From Acanthaster planci (taxonomy: Eukaryota), in contig NW_019091357.1 of the NCBI RefSeq assembly GCF_001949145.1, positions 1,638,746-1,702,745 on the forward strand: a stretch of DNA of 64,000 nt, given 5' to 3'. Made by a program: the position numbers and the translations under genes. Below the pieces are notes generated by a model. It was not told where the DNA came from. It searched no databases and worked only from the letters and a program-made list of their open reading frames with translations. The first letter of the stretch is position 1. Every line of letters starts with the position of its first letter. This document shows positions 63,411 through 64,000 of the stretch, piece after piece.

Positions 63411-64000
63411 CTGAAGACGAAAGAAATCAATAAATTCACCTGCCCAGATCCCTCAAATTCTACCTGGAGAGGTTATAGGATTTTAAAGGATTAAGGAGAG
63501 TAGATCCTTCCACTGTTGATACATGTATACCGCTACTTCATGAGGAGTTTGCTGCTCTTGAAGTTAAAAGTGTAAAGACCGTGGTGCTAGTTTCCATACA
63601 CGTGTAACTGTGGAGGATTTTGGACGATTCAAGCAAGTTCCCAGCAAAGTGCCCATGGCATAAGGATTACTATAAAAACTAATTCCTGGGGGGGGGAACC
63701 ATAGGTGACATGCACTTCCATCTGCATGAAGCCCGCTGAGTTTTAGCACGCCCAGGCACAAAAGCGGATTACAAGTCCTAACTGGTTTACAAGAGAGTTT
63801 GCTTAAACTGGCCATCTCAGCCAATAAACTAAAAGAGATTACACCAAGCTTATGCATCACATCATCTGCCTTAGGACAAGCTCTGGTAGGCATGTCTGCA
63901 CTGCCTGGAAAGGTAACAGGGCTTATGTTCACCGGCAATCTCTAATAAAAACGTAGCAAATGCACCTACAAGGTTCAAAATTTCACCTTATTTCACGTTC

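Overview
Intron-rich metazoan genomic DNA, probably from an invertebrate deuterostome such as an echinoderm (inference from gene style). Six protein-coding loci were reconstructed by hand from splice signals. They are: complete MED23 (+, 31 coding exons, with one AT-AC and one GT-AG U12-type intron); a single-pass membrane K/S/P-rich protein resembling metadherin/LYRIC (-); syntenin (-); an apparently secreted protein with two discoidin and three Caspr-type fibrinogen-like domains (+); a 113-aa orphan with a basic helix and a CCGCCGC acidic tail (+); and the 3' part of dystrobrevin (-). Introns carry several palindromic MITE-like elements and short tandem repeats. The most interesting signals are the candidate invertebrate metadherin and a splicing-control cassette in dystrobrevin (a 27/30-nt microexon at the vertebrate vr1 position followed by a 484-nt AG-free zone). 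Others are a TDD-x-SY repeat tail and an apparent 1-nt frameshift in dystrobrevin, and the unusual discoidin/fibrinogen architecture. All homology calls rest on recalled sequences; no searches were run.
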